64,000 nt of DNA from an uncultured virus (IMG/VR IMGVR_UViG_3300042860_003432) (IMGVR_UViG_3300042860_003432), one strand, 5' to 3'. Positions 1-8,363 are shown, counted from the first letter of the stretch. Notes: generated from the sequence alone by a model not told the origin. Program-made: numbers and translations.

Positions 1-1
1 A

Positions 2-271
2 ACAGATTATAGTGACCAGTTGTCTATTAGCATAATGCATAATACCAAAGATAAACCAGACGCTAAAGTAAAGATATATCGTGCAGTTCCTTCAAATATA
101 CAAGGAGATATAAATGCGAGTGATTGGGTGACTATCAATAAGCAATATGCAGTTACTCACGGCGAAAGAACACTTGGTGGAGATTATAAAATAATAACCA
201 AAGTTGTGCCAGCAAAGCATCTATATACAGACGCTAATAGTATTCACGAGTTTGGATATGACCCAAGTTAA
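2..271 (+). CDS. Hypothetical phage protein, 5' partial
   Basis: Frame is open from the window start to TAA at 269-271; contains KVKIYRAVP...DWVT...YAVTHG. Confidence 0.6.
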   Translation, partial: TDYSDQLSISIMHNTKDKPDAKVKIYRAVPSNIQGDINASDWVTINKQYAVTHGERTLGGDYKIITKVVPAKHLYTDANSIHEFGYDPS

Positions 272-272
272 A

Positions 273-347
273 TGGTGGTAGAGGTGGATCCTGACACCAC
301 AACCTGTCCGTTATCAACAGACTGCTCTTCCTTTGAGCTACTCTACC
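273..347 (-). tRNA. tRNA-Ile(GAT)
   Basis: Acceptor GGTAGAG/CTCTACC, anticodon arm GTCTG-TTGATAA-CGGAC, encoded CCA; atypical T-loop. Confidence 0.85.
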
Positions 348-380
348 ATAAAAACTATTTATAATTCATATATATGAAAT

Positions 381-1139
381 ATGAATAAAGAAAATGTTAT
401 AGTACACACGGTGTGGGTTGGTGACAGTTTAAGCTTAATGGAACAACTCACAATAAAATTATTGCAGCTACACGGTCACGAAGTACATCTTTGGTGTTAT
501 GACAAAATAAAAAATGTACCAGACAAAACAATCTTACGAGACGCGGCGGATATAATGCCCAAAAGTTCAATTTTCTCATTTCAAGGAGAATATTTACCAT
601 ATATTCCAAACGGGGGTATAGGTTCATTAAGTCATTGGTCTGATCAGTTTCAATGTAAGCTTCTTGCTATGGAAGGTGGAATATATTCCCAATTGGATGT
701 AGCTTATTTGGCACCAATTAATTATAACCCAGAATATCTATTTGTTGATATTTTGGATGCAAGAAAAACATTAAGCACTTTCTTGATGAAATGTCCAAAA
801 GGTTCTTCATTTGCGATTGAAGCATACAAAGAATTATCCATGAAAATAAATTATTTAACAATGCCATATCTACATTGGGATTGTTCTATGAATTTGTGTA
901 TGGACATACTGGTAAACAGAACAAATATAACCACAAAGAAATGTCGAGAATGTTTTTTGCATCAAAAACATTATTTGGACCTTGGATGTAAAAAAACTGG
1001 CCCATTTTTTGGACCTTTCGAATTTCCGAAGGATTTATTGGCAATACACTGGTCGAATGCGACATTGAATGTATATAAAAATCATCCTATACCAAATTCA
1101 TTTTACGAATCACTATTGAGATTCGTTGGACTAGTTTAG
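381..1139 (+). CDS. Glycosyltransferase, DxD sugar-binding (GT32/OCH1-like)
   Basis: VHTVWVG..LSLMEQL, HEVHLW, SDQFQ..L..EGGIYSQLD pattern typical of this family. Confidence 0.7.
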   Translation: MNKENVIVHTVWVGDSLSLMEQLTIKLLQLHGHEVHLWCYDKIKNVPDKTILRDAADIMPKSSIFSFQGEYLPYIPNGGIGSLSHWSDQFQCKLLAMEGGIYSQLDVAYLAPINYNPEYLFVDILDARKTLSTFLMKCPKGSSFAIEAYKELSMKINYLTMPYLHWDCSMNLCMDILVNRTNITTKKCRECFLHQKHYLDLGCKKTGPFFGPFEFPKDLLAIHWSNATLNVYKNHPIPNSFYESLLRFVGLV

Positions 1140-1313
1140 ATCAAGATCAGTAAAATCATTGAGTATACCTTCATATCGCTTATCTTGCTTGTATATTTCA
1201 AGTATACGTTGATGCTCATAATCACTGGTTGGTATCCATTTAGGCGGTTCACCTTTTAGGAATATAACCGTGTATGCTCTATGTTTATCTACTGCTCTGC
1301 GTATTATTATCAT
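1131..1313 (-). CDS. Hypothetical protein
   Basis: 60-aa ORF, ATG start after an AT-rich leader. Confidence 0.55.
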   Translation of the reverse strand: MIIIRRAVDKHRAYTVIFLKGEPPKWIPTSDYEHQRILEIYKQDKRYEGILNDFTDLDLN

Positions 1314-1327
1314 ATGAATATATATAG

Positions 1328-1401
1328 TGGCTGTTCCTCATGGATTCGAACCATGACAAAGCGAGTCAAAGTCGCTTGTGCTACCATTACACCAAGGAAC
1401 A
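1328..1401 (-). tRNA. tRNA-Gln(TTG)
   Basis: Anticodon arm AGCGA-CTTTGAC-TCGCT, T-loop TTCGAAT, CCA. Confidence 0.92.
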
Positions 1402-1410
1402 ATAATAAAC

Positions 1411-1486
1411 TGGTAGCCCCAGTGGGTCACGATCCCACCTCTCCGCTTTGAAAGAGCGGCGAACTCAACCATTATTCTATGGGGCC
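1411..1486 (-). tRNA. tRNA-Glu(TTC)
   Basis: Anticodon arm CCGCT-CTTTCAA-AGCGG, CCA. Confidence 0.9.
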
Positions 1487-1490
1487 AAAT

Positions 1491-1565
1491 TGGTAGGAGT
1501 ACTAGGAATTTAACCTAGATTACAACGTCCGTAGCGTTGCGTGTTATACATTACACTATACTCCC
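1491..1565 (-). tRNA. tRNA-Arg(ACG)
   Basis: Anticodon arm CAACG-CTACGGA-CGTTG, CCA. Confidence 0.88.
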
Positions 1566-1571
1566 ATAAAT

Positions 1572-1648
1572 TGGTCCCTTCACTACCATAGGAGATCGCC
1601 ACGGTTGGTAGGACAGCGGATCAGGCTGGTGGCTTCTTCATATGAAGT
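1572..1648 (-). ncRNA. tRNA-sized, CCA-ending non-canonical RNA or pseudo-tRNA
   Basis: 77 nt between tRNA-Tyr and tRNA-Arg ending GGGACCA; stems CTTCA/TGAAG, CAGC/GCTG, CTACCA/TGGTAG. Confidence 0.4.
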
Positions 1649-1735
1649 TGGTGGTGCCGATTGGACTCGAACCAATGTAGACCGTTAGGTCGGGAAATTT
1701 ACAGTCTCCTGCAATTGCCACTATGCGACGACACC
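1649..1735 (-). tRNA. tRNA-Tyr(GTA)
   Basis: Anticodon arm GGAGA-CTGTAAA-TTTCC, long variable arm, TTCGAGT, CCA. Confidence 0.92.
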
Positions 1736-1745
1736 ATTAAAATTT

Positions 1746-1822
1746 TGGCGGGGTGCATCGGATTTGCACCGACTATCTATAGATTGACAATCTATCGCTT
1801 GTGCTTCATAAGCTCCCACCCC
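1746..1822 (-). tRNA. tRNA-Asp(GTC)
   Basis: Anticodon arm ATAGA-TTGTCAA-TCTAT, CCA. Confidence 0.88.
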
Positions 1823-1831
1823 ATAAATGAA

Positions 1832-2061
1832 TTACCAGTGTGGGGCTCTCACCCACCATACACTATTTTTCTCCGTTATGGCCCGAACATATCGTGCACT
1901 CTGTTCTTGGAACATTACCCGCTTCTTTTGCCTTGGCTCACGTTTAGCGAATAATGTCCGGCTTATCGGGCGTCGTACCTGTCACTCGGTCTTGCAGAAA
2001 CGACCCACAAGATTGCTGATGTGTATGCTACGACCGCTAAGACTCTGCGTCTTACTGGTAA
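1832..2061 (-). ncRNA. Candidate ~230-nt structured ncRNA with tRNA-like termini
   Basis: Terminal stem TTACCAGT/ACTGGTAA, T-arm-like GTGGG-TGAGAGC-CCCAC, several long internal helices; lies inside the tRNA array. Confidence 0.6.
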
Positions 2062-2069
2062 AATAAATA

Positions 2070-2143
2070 TGGCACGGACGGAGAGAATCGCACTCTCGTC
2101 ATCGGTTTTGGAGACCGAGGCACTACTAATATACCACGTCCGT
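2070..2143 (-). tRNA. tRNA-Trp(CCA)
   Basis: Anticodon arm TCGGT-CTCCAAA-ACCGA, CCA. Confidence 0.88.
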
Positions 2144-2149
2144 ATTAAA

Positions 2150-2224
2150 TGGTGGATCATCACGGTACTGCCCCGTGTTCTCAAGGTTAAGAGCCTAGAG
2201 CATCACTTCTTATGCTTATGATCC
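2150..2224 (-). tRNA. tRNA-Lys(CTT)
   Basis: Anticodon loop CTCTTAA, acceptor GGATCAT/ATGATCC, CCA. Confidence 0.85.
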
Positions 2225-2230
2225 ATAAAA

Positions 2231-2308
2231 TGGTGGGAATGGACGGTTATGCTCCGTCTCACACAGATTCACAATCTGTTATGCTAATCTAATTACATCA
2301 CAATCCCC
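2231..2308 (-). tRNA. tRNA-His(GTG)
   Basis: Anticodon arm ACAGA-TTGTGAA-TCTGT, CCA. Confidence 0.85.
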
Positions 2309-2315
2309 ATAAAAA

Positions 2316-2391
2316 TGGCTGTCCCAGCACGGTTCGAACGTGCGACCTTGAAATTAACAATTTCTTGCTCTGCCAACTGAGCTATGGGACA
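2316..2391 (-). tRNA. tRNA-Asn(GTT)
   Basis: D-arm GCTCAGTTGGCAGAGC, anticodon loop TTGTTAA, TTCGAAC, CCA. Confidence 0.92.
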
Positions 2392-2486
2392 ATAAATTGT
2401 AGAGAGTGTTTGGTCAAGAGTGCTTATTACGCTACATGAACCCATTGCGATATTCCAATGGCTGTACCCTTTACTCTCTGTAAATT

Positions 2487-2621
2487 TTATTTAAGATACT
2501 TTTTGGCCAATGGGGTCAATTCCATTCCAGCATCTTGAAGTTGTTTGACTGCTTCTTTTCTGGTTCTTATCTTGTTTTTTAATCTACCTTCTAGCGTTGG
2601 CAATTTGATTTTATTTTTCAT
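2487..2621 (-). CDS. Small basic hypothetical protein (44 aa, MKNKIKLPT...)
   Basis: ATG directly after tRNA-Cys; the longer ORF-track call overlaps tRNA genes. Confidence 0.5.
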   Translation of the reverse strand: MKNKIKLPTLEGRLKNKIRTRKEAVKQLQDAGMELTPLAKKYLK

Positions 2622-2623
2622 AT

Positions 2624-2701
2624 TGGAGTATGTGACTGGAATTGCACCAGCATAAATGTCTTTTGCAGAGACCGCCCTATCTATTTCGGGCACACACATA
2701 C
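2624..2701 (-). tRNA. tRNA-Cys(GCA)
   Basis: Acceptor GTATGTG/CACATAC, T discriminator, anticodon loop CTGCAAA, CCA. Confidence 0.85.
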
Positions 2702-2708
2702 ATAAATT

Positions 2709-2784
2709 TGGTGCGGTAGACAGGGCTCGAACCTGCGACATCAAGCTTGGAAGGATTGCGCTCTACCAACTGAGCTACTACCGC
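2709..2784 (-). tRNA. tRNA-Gly(TCC)
   Basis: GCTCAGTTGGTAGAGC D-arm, anticodon loop CTTCCAA, TTCGAGC, CCA. Confidence 0.92.
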
Positions 2785-2791
2785 AAAAATT

Positions 2792-3454
2792 TTAGTATCT
2801 GTTTTTTATACGTTTGGTTGATCTACGCGGCTTTTTCTTTGCCACACAGTCCCCCTTACACCTAAATAATGCCACACCCAGTATAATTGTCAAGGCCGCA
2901 GTGAAATATACTACTTTTTCATATGCTACTAATTCATCCAACGCAATTTTTCTTGAATTTTCCGCAGCATCAAACTTGTTATCCAGTATCTTGTTTATGA
3001 TTTCCGTTACGGGATCTATTAGACGATATAACTCTCCATTATACAGTTGAGCGTGTATTTCTTTTACATCTCCACGCACACTCAATACTTGTATCTTTTT
3101 GATATATTCTGTTACTCGCTGTGTGCGTATAAACAACTCTTTGTCGTCTATTGTTTCTTTTCCTTCTACATTTTTCTTGTATGACGTAAGTAAAGTTTGT
3201 TGCTGTTGTAGCGTTTTTGTTAGCGTGTTTCTAAACTGATCTAGTGTTATAAGATCGTGCGATACTTTGACTTGACTATCTACAAGCGTAAGACCATATG
3301 AGTCAAACAACGGACTAAGTGTATTTGTTACAACCTCAAATTCTTTATACGAATGATCAATCTTTGAACGCAGCATTGAACTTGTGTATAGCCCCTTTGA
3401 TACAAAAATGGACACAATAAAAAGCATTACAATAATGGCGTGTTTTGATTTCAT
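2792..3454 (-). CDS. Two-TM membrane protein with helical periplasmic domain (chemoreceptor four-helix-bundle-like)
   Basis: Hydrophobic N- and C-terminal segments flank an all-helical ~160-aa region; basic tail. Confidence 0.5.
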   Translation of the reverse strand: MKSKHAIIVMLFIVSIFVSKGLYTSSMLRSKIDHSYKEFEVVTNTLSPLFDSYGLTLVDSQVKVSHDLITLDQFRNTLTKTLQQQQTLLTSYKKNVEGKETIDDKELFIRTQRVTEYIKKIQVLSVRGDVKEIHAQLYNGELYRLIDPVTEIINKILDNKFDAAENSRKIALDELVAYEKVVYFTAALTIILGVALFRCKGDCVAKKKPRRSTKRIKNRY

Positions 3455-3771
3455 TTTTTATTGATAAACTTTGCTGGGTTTTTGGATACTTGCTTTGCTA
3501 ATCTTGCCAATCCTTGTAATAACTCAGGTGATATTACACCAACAACACCATATATTATTGCTTTGGTTAGGCTGGATATGTCAGTTTGTTCCAACATAAA
3601 CCACGCTATTATAGAGCATATAGATGCAGCAAATATCTTTTTGAGTTGTTCTACCCACGGCATTTTACTGTCGTCTGTAAGTAATCTTGCGACCATTCCT
3701 GCCGCACCTACCAGTGCTACAAGCCATCCGCCAGTCAAAAACTCTCTTATCAGGTCTTTATCATCTGCCAT
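3451..3771 (-). CDS. Putative holin
   Basis: 106 aa, three hydrophobic segments, basic C-terminus. Confidence 0.55.
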   Translation of the reverse strand: MADDKDLIREFLTGGWLVALVGAAGMVARLLTDDSKMPWVEQLKKIFAASICSIIAWFMLEQTDISSLTKAIIYGVVGVISPELLQGLARLAKQVSKNPAKFINKK

Positions 3772-3834
3772 ATATTTGTATATCTATAGATATAATATAT
3801 ATGTCAAAAAACTATATAAAATTATTTACAATTA

Positions 3835-4140
3835 GCAAATACGTAATACTACGTATTTCCCATTCCGAACCGCGTGGAGGTTTGTAAAAACTCGGAACAC
3901 TAAAAGAATATATCTCAACGGGGTTGATTACCCATCTTATTGATATATTCTTTCATTTATAAGAACAATATATTCACTTCGTGCTCACAACAAGTTATCT
4001 CTGTCACTATCCTATCCTAAACTTGTTGATTTGCTTCCCACAAAACGGTCCTCTCTATTATGAGTCCGGTGGCTATTTTAACGCTTAAAGGTGCGCTTTT
4101 ACCTCTATCCCTAACAAAATTGATTTTTCTAAAGAACGAC
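3835..4140 (-). ncRNA. Candidate ~300-nt structured RNA or leader
   Basis: No substantial ORF, several long hairpins, directly downstream of a sigma70-type promoter. Confidence 0.4.
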
Positions 4141-4144
4141 TAAC

Positions 4145-4172
4145 ACTCTACACACTTTTTATACTTTGTCAA
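4145..4172 (-). promoter_or_regulatory. Sigma70-type promoter followed by boxA-like CGTTCTTTAG
   Basis: TTGACA-N16-TAGAGT; boxA-like motif at 4126-4138. Confidence 0.6.
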
Positions 4173-4197
4173 ACACTATTTTCATTTTTCTCCAAAT

Positions 4198-4226
4198 AAA
4201 AACCCCACCTTTTTACTGGTGGGGCT
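4198..4226 (-). terminator. Intrinsic terminator
   Basis: CCCCACC/GGTGGGG hairpin followed by a T-tract on the minus strand. Confidence 0.75.
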
Positions 4227-4253
4227 GTTTAAGTTGAAAGTTATTTTCTCCTT

Positions 4254-4325
4254 TTAAGCCACACCAACACCATAGTCACCCCATTGGGCGATCTGGTAGT
4301 TTGAACTGTTTGGTCGGCTATTCAT
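4254..4325 (-). CDS. Possible 23-aa leader peptide MNSRPNSSNYQIAQWGDYGVGVA
   Basis: Short ORF between a TTGACT-N17-CATATT promoter (~4341-4369) and a terminator. Confidence 0.35.
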   Translation of the reverse strand: MNSRPNSSNYQIAQWGDYGVGVA

Positions 4326-4378
4326 TTGTTAATAAATAGTAATATGGTATGGAAATACTCAAAAGTCAATAACTATTT

Positions 4379-4973
4379 TTAGCGTCTACGGTCGTGATCT
4401 CGGCGGTCGTCGCGGCGATTATCACGGGGGTGATTGTTCACGGGAGGACGATAGTTATTTGCCGGTGGACGATTGTTGAAGTTATGACTGGGAGGACGAT
4501 GGTAGTTGTTTTGTACAACGCAGGGAGGAGAACTGCGAATCTCTGTATATCTGTGATTAGGATATGTATAAACCGGAGTTGGGCGGTGAATTACAATGAC
4601 TCGGGGAGGGGGGCGGGGGAGGACTCATCACGATAATGCGGGAAGGAGGCTGGCGCACAACTACCTGTCCATACGAAGGATAAAAATCACGATCATAATA
4701 ATCGTCATATGAAGAATATGTTTCCTGATAAACTGGTTGATGGTTTCCAGAAGTATGATATGTATGGTTGTCCGCAATAGCTCCAGCCACTAATCCCACA
4801 CCAGCGCCAATTGCTGCGCCCTTCCACGCATTCCCATTATGATGACCAACTACGGCACCAACAATTCCTCCAACAATCGCACCGGTATCAGCATTTCGCC
4901 CAAATAAATCAGACTGGGCAAACGTTTGTGTAGCAGACAATAACAGAACCACGGACATTAGTGTATTTTTCAT
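4379..4973 (-). CDS. Secreted glycine-zipper, Pro/Arg-rich protein; frameshifted at a C6 tract (4608-4613)
   Basis: Signal peptide, GAIVGGIVGAVVG...GAAIGAGVGLVAGA; a coherent C-terminus continues in another frame to 4379. Confidence 0.65.
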
Positions 4974-5017
4974 ATGTGTAGTTTACTAATAATATATACA
5001 GTTATATAAAGTAAAAG

Positions 5018-5230
5018 TCAAGTACTTTTTTCATTATTGTATAACCGCCTAAACCTTTCAGTTATCTCATACGGATAATAAAAGAAAGTTTGGCCGTCAT
5101 CAAACTTGATAAAATCAAACTGTGTGTCTTTTACTTGTTTTGTGCCCGTATATGTTGCCATTTTTCCCGTAGGAATATGAACAAGTCGTTCATTTTCAGC
5201 GAAATGATGTTCTGCGTATGCGTTTTTCAT
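5018..5230 (-). CDS. Hypothetical protein
   Basis: 70-aa ORF with ATGA overlap with the RNA ligase stop. Confidence 0.6.
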   Translation of the reverse strand: MKNAYAEHHFAENERLVHIPTGKMATYTGTKQVKDTQFDFIKFDDGQTFFYYPYEITERFRRLYNNEKST

Positions 5231-6249
5231 TCTTTGTATTTCTCCAAGAAGCGGTTTGATATTGTCTTGAAACTCAAGCGGCCTTTTAGCACATCGCTGT
5301 GTGTCTCAACTGCTGGACGCCAAACAATACCTTCAGCGGGAGTACCGTTGTTATAGTTCAGTTCATTGGCAATGCTCAAAAAATAATCAACACTCTTGGG
5401 CACAATGTCATTACCAAGTTGAATAATATGCACAGTATCTACAATCTTGATGTTATGTTTCTTGCCAAAACTAATCAAATCTTCTCTGTTCAGGTATTTG
5501 CCACTATCAATGTCGTATAGATTGAAAAGATATAATTCAATCTCTTTGAGCCCAAGACGATTTGCTTGAATACCCGGTCCAACCATTTCACCTTGAATAC
5601 ATAGATTACGATCTTCGCCACGAAGAATCTCTTCAAGTTTGAGCTTGCGAGCCATCTTCCAATGAGCATTGTCTTCTGTTTCTTTTAGGTTGAGATTACG
5701 AGAGCATACACCAAACTCATCATCACGCCGATATGCTGTAAAACTTGTGCCGTCCATCTTTAGTGTGCCAATAAGCACCAATCCTTTATTGCTTGCTTCA
5801 ACAAGCACATTTGGCTCAGATTGCAGACGAACTTCATCTGTCTTATGTAAGAAAGATGGAAAGTTCCCTTTGACCATTCCGCTCAAATGAGCAGGCACAA
5901 CAGGTTCGTATTTTTCAACACCAACAAGTGATGTAACATCCTGACCAACTTCATATTCACCTTGGGGCAGAATAGAAAGCGGCAATGCCAATCCTTGCGA
6001 AAGTTGGCCACGAAGACGAATAGTTTTTACACGCAGTTTCTTATCTACTTCCTTACGAAGATGATCATTCCAACTTGCGATAGGAAGTACACTATCAATC
6101 TCAAAATATACACACTTGTCATTGGGCTGAAACTCATTCTTTTTTACAACACATTCCCAGCCAAGAACTTTGGCACAAAGAATGGCATCTGCACCATTTA
6201 TAGGGTTCAGTTCCTTGATAAGTTGAATAGATGCCAGTTTTCGGTCCAT
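5227..6249 (-). CDS. RNA ligase (Rnl2-like, DRB0094 family)
   Basis: RKLASIQ..I.PI.GADAI N-terminal domain; KMDGTS motif I, QGEMVG, EGIV, SFKTIS. Confidence 0.9.
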   Translation of the reverse strand: MDRKLASIQLIKELNPINGADAILCAKVLGWECVVKKNEFQPNDKCVYFEIDSVLPIASWNDHLRKEVDKKLRVKTIRLRGQLSQGLALPLSILPQGEYEVGQDVTSLVGVEKYEPVVPAHLSGMVKGNFPSFLHKTDEVRLQSEPNVLVEASNKGLVLIGTLKMDGTSFTAYRRDDEFGVCSRNLNLKETEDNAHWKMARKLKLEEILRGEDRNLCIQGEMVGPGIQANRLGLKEIELYLFNLYDIDSGKYLNREDLISFGKKHNIKIVDTVHIIQLGNDIVPKSVDYFLSIANELNYNNGTPAEGIVWRPAVETHSDVLKGRLSFKTISNRFLEKYKE

Positions 6250-6330
6250 AATGCTATTACCATACACTATAATAACCTTTTGTCAATATGTTTTTAGCCC
6301 TTGATATATATTTATTATAATCAAGCATAT

Positions 6331-7908
6331 ATGATTTCACTACTTTCTCTATTACAAGAAGCACTTAGCGGCAAAGGATTTTATGACCAGCTTGTAAGTC
6401 CTTCGTTCAGAACACAGGATACATTCCCAGTAAAGATAGACTTTATTGTTGATAATAAGAAAGTAGAAGTAAGTATTCCTATAAAGATTACCATGAATAA
6501 TCTAAAGCGTGAAGTTGACCAATACTTGCAGGCTCCTGGTGAAATGAAAACCAAGCTTGATACATATGCCTACTGGTATGATAACTTCAATAAGCTTGTG
6601 TTTGAAAGTATGGGAGAAAGTGATGGTTGTTTGTTCTTGGCGGCGTGCGGCTATTGTTCTGCCAACACCGCACTTGACCAAAACATTCTTGAGGCCGCTA
6701 AACTATACACCGCAGTAAAAAAAGATTTTGGTAGTGAAGAAGGTAAGCAGGCACTTTCAGATATTGCCGCCAATGTAAAGAGTAACCTAAAAGACAAGGA
6801 TCTGGCATTTCTGGCAAAATATCCAAACAGTGCATATGCCAATCTACTTCTTCCAAAGAAAGACTATACTGGCAAGAAGATTGAAAAGGGGCCAAAGAAA
6901 GGTCAAGATGACATCTTTAGTGAAGTTACCGTGTCAAACGCCAAGATTCCAAACTTCAATACATATGTAAAGTATTATCTACAGCATAATGGAAATGTAT
7001 CAAAAGAAGAACTATACAACGACCTTGAATCGGGCACATTTACCATTAGCGGAACAAAAATCAATTCATTTCTTATCAATCTTATATTTCCTGGCAAAAA
7101 ATGGGCAGGCAAGATTGACCCTGCGACCATTGACCGCTGGATGATACGTGTATTCTTTGATGAACCATTGAAGAACATGGTTGAAAATGACATCACAGAT
7201 TGGATTGCTCATATCCCAGACGATGAAGATGAAGAAGAAAAGGTCGATGAAGCAAAGCCAAAGAAACCAAAAAAGCCAAAGCTTTCGCCGGAAGAAGAAA
7301 TGCTTGCCAAGAAAAAGAAATCATTGGAAAAAAAGAAAAATGCCATCGTAAACAAAATAGTAATGAAGCTGTTTGGCGATGATTATATACGTCAGAACCT
7401 GGTAAAGATACTACACGAAGAAGCACAAAAGATTGGTCTTACATCATATCAACTACAGGCACTTGCTTGGGTAAATATACGTGAAAGATATGATGAACCT
7501 GCTGCCAAGTTCGCTAAGTTTGAAGATGTTATGGAATATGCCAGAGATGCTGCCAGCACAGTTATGGCAATAGATCCAAACATCAACTCGGTGATGAACA
7601 CGATCAAGATACTTTCATCTGGACCAAGATTCAAGTTCACCAATCCACAACAGGTTGTTGATACAATAGAAAACGCAGAAAGATATGAAAAGGTATATTT
7701 TCTGCCACCAAAAATCGCCAAAGCAAAGAAAGACAAGGGCTCTACGATTGATTATACCAAAATCAAAGTTGGTATGGTAAGCGACAATAAGGCGGATATA
7801 TACAATCTGAAAATATCCAAAAAGAAGCCGATACAATCAATCGATGGAGCAAACAGAGCAGAAACACTCAAGAAAGTTCTTGATTGGATTTTAAACTATA
7901 AAACATAA
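6331..7908 (+). CDS. Hypothetical protein, possibly virion-packaged
   Basis: Long ORF starting MISLLSLLQEA with TATTTAT upstream; contains ATIDRWM and YQLQALAW motifs. Confidence 0.7.
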   Translation: MISLLSLLQEALSGKGFYDQLVSPSFRTQDTFPVKIDFIVDNKKVEVSIPIKITMNNLKREVDQYLQAPGEMKTKLDTYAYWYDNFNKLVFESMGESDGCLFLAACGYCSANTALDQNILEAAKLYTAVKKDFGSEEGKQALSDIAANVKSNLKDKDLAFLAKYPNSAYANLLLPKKDYTGKKIEKGPKKGQDDIFSEVTVSNAKIPNFNTYVKYYLQHNGNVSKEELYNDLESGTFTISGTKINSFLINLIFPGKKWAGKIDPATIDRWMIRVFFDEPLKNMVENDITDWIAHIPDDEDEEEKVDEAKPKKPKKPKLSPEEEMLAKKKKSLEKKKNAIVNKIVMKLFGDDYIRQNLVKILHEEAQKIGLTSYQLQALAWVNIRERYDEPAAKFAKFEDVMEYARDAASTVMAIDPNINSVMNTIKILSSGPRFKFTNPQQVVDTIENAERYEKVYFLPPKIAKAKKDKGSTIDYTKIKVGMVSDNKADIYNLKISKKKPIQSIDGANRAETLKKVLDWILNYKT

Positions 7909-7914
7909 CATCAT

Positions 7915-8361
7915 ATGAGCCTACCAATCGTACCAGGACCAAACAATCAACTGATTACAGGATCTTTACCTACTCGGTATGGATTTACTTCAAACTATGT
8001 ACAATCAGATACAGGAAGTGTAACAATAGCAAGTAGTTCAACTACTCCTGCGTCCGTTGTTAATGTTTCAATAACTACCACGGGAAATCCTGTTTTTGTA
8101 TCGTGTACTGGAGACGCAAACCCAGCAACAGGCGGAGGATGGTGTGTATTTCAACTATACAGAGGCAGCACCGCAATTGGAAAGAAAGTTCAAGCAGAAA
8201 GTTCTGATAGCAACGAAAACGTGCCATATGGAATTACGTGCATTGACAATCCGCCTGCCGGTACATATACATATTCTCTAAAAGTTACATCAATTGCTGG
8301 CAGCAACTTTACTTTTGGTGAACCGGATGGACCAAATTTGACAGTGTTTGAAATAAGATGA
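7915..8361 (+). CDS. Beta-rich putative virion or fibre-tip protein
   Basis: S/T/G-rich; ends DNPPAGTYTYSLKV...LTVFEI like fibre C-terminal domains. Confidence 0.55.
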   Translation: MSLPIVPGPNNQLITGSLPTRYGFTSNYVQSDTGSVTIASSSTTPASVVNVSITTTGNPVFVSCTGDANPATGGGWCVFQLYRGSTAIGKKVQAESSDSNENVPYGITCIDNPPAGTYTYSLKVTSIAGSNFTFGEPDGPNLTVFEIR

Positions 8362-8363
8362 TA

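Noticed and set aside
1572..1648. HDV-like (theta) ribozyme after tRNA-Tyr
   Set aside because: The 3' end TGAAGGGAC resembles J4/2-P2, but the catalytic C position is T and P1/P3/P1.1 could not be built
1661..2865. ORF-track calls over the tRNA array
   Set aside because: They overlap clear tRNA genes or structured RNA; only 2487-2621 was kept
1832..4140. tmRNA or RNase P RNA
   Set aside because: No Ala acceptor with G-U pair, tag reading frame or GAGGAAAGUCC signature in either candidate
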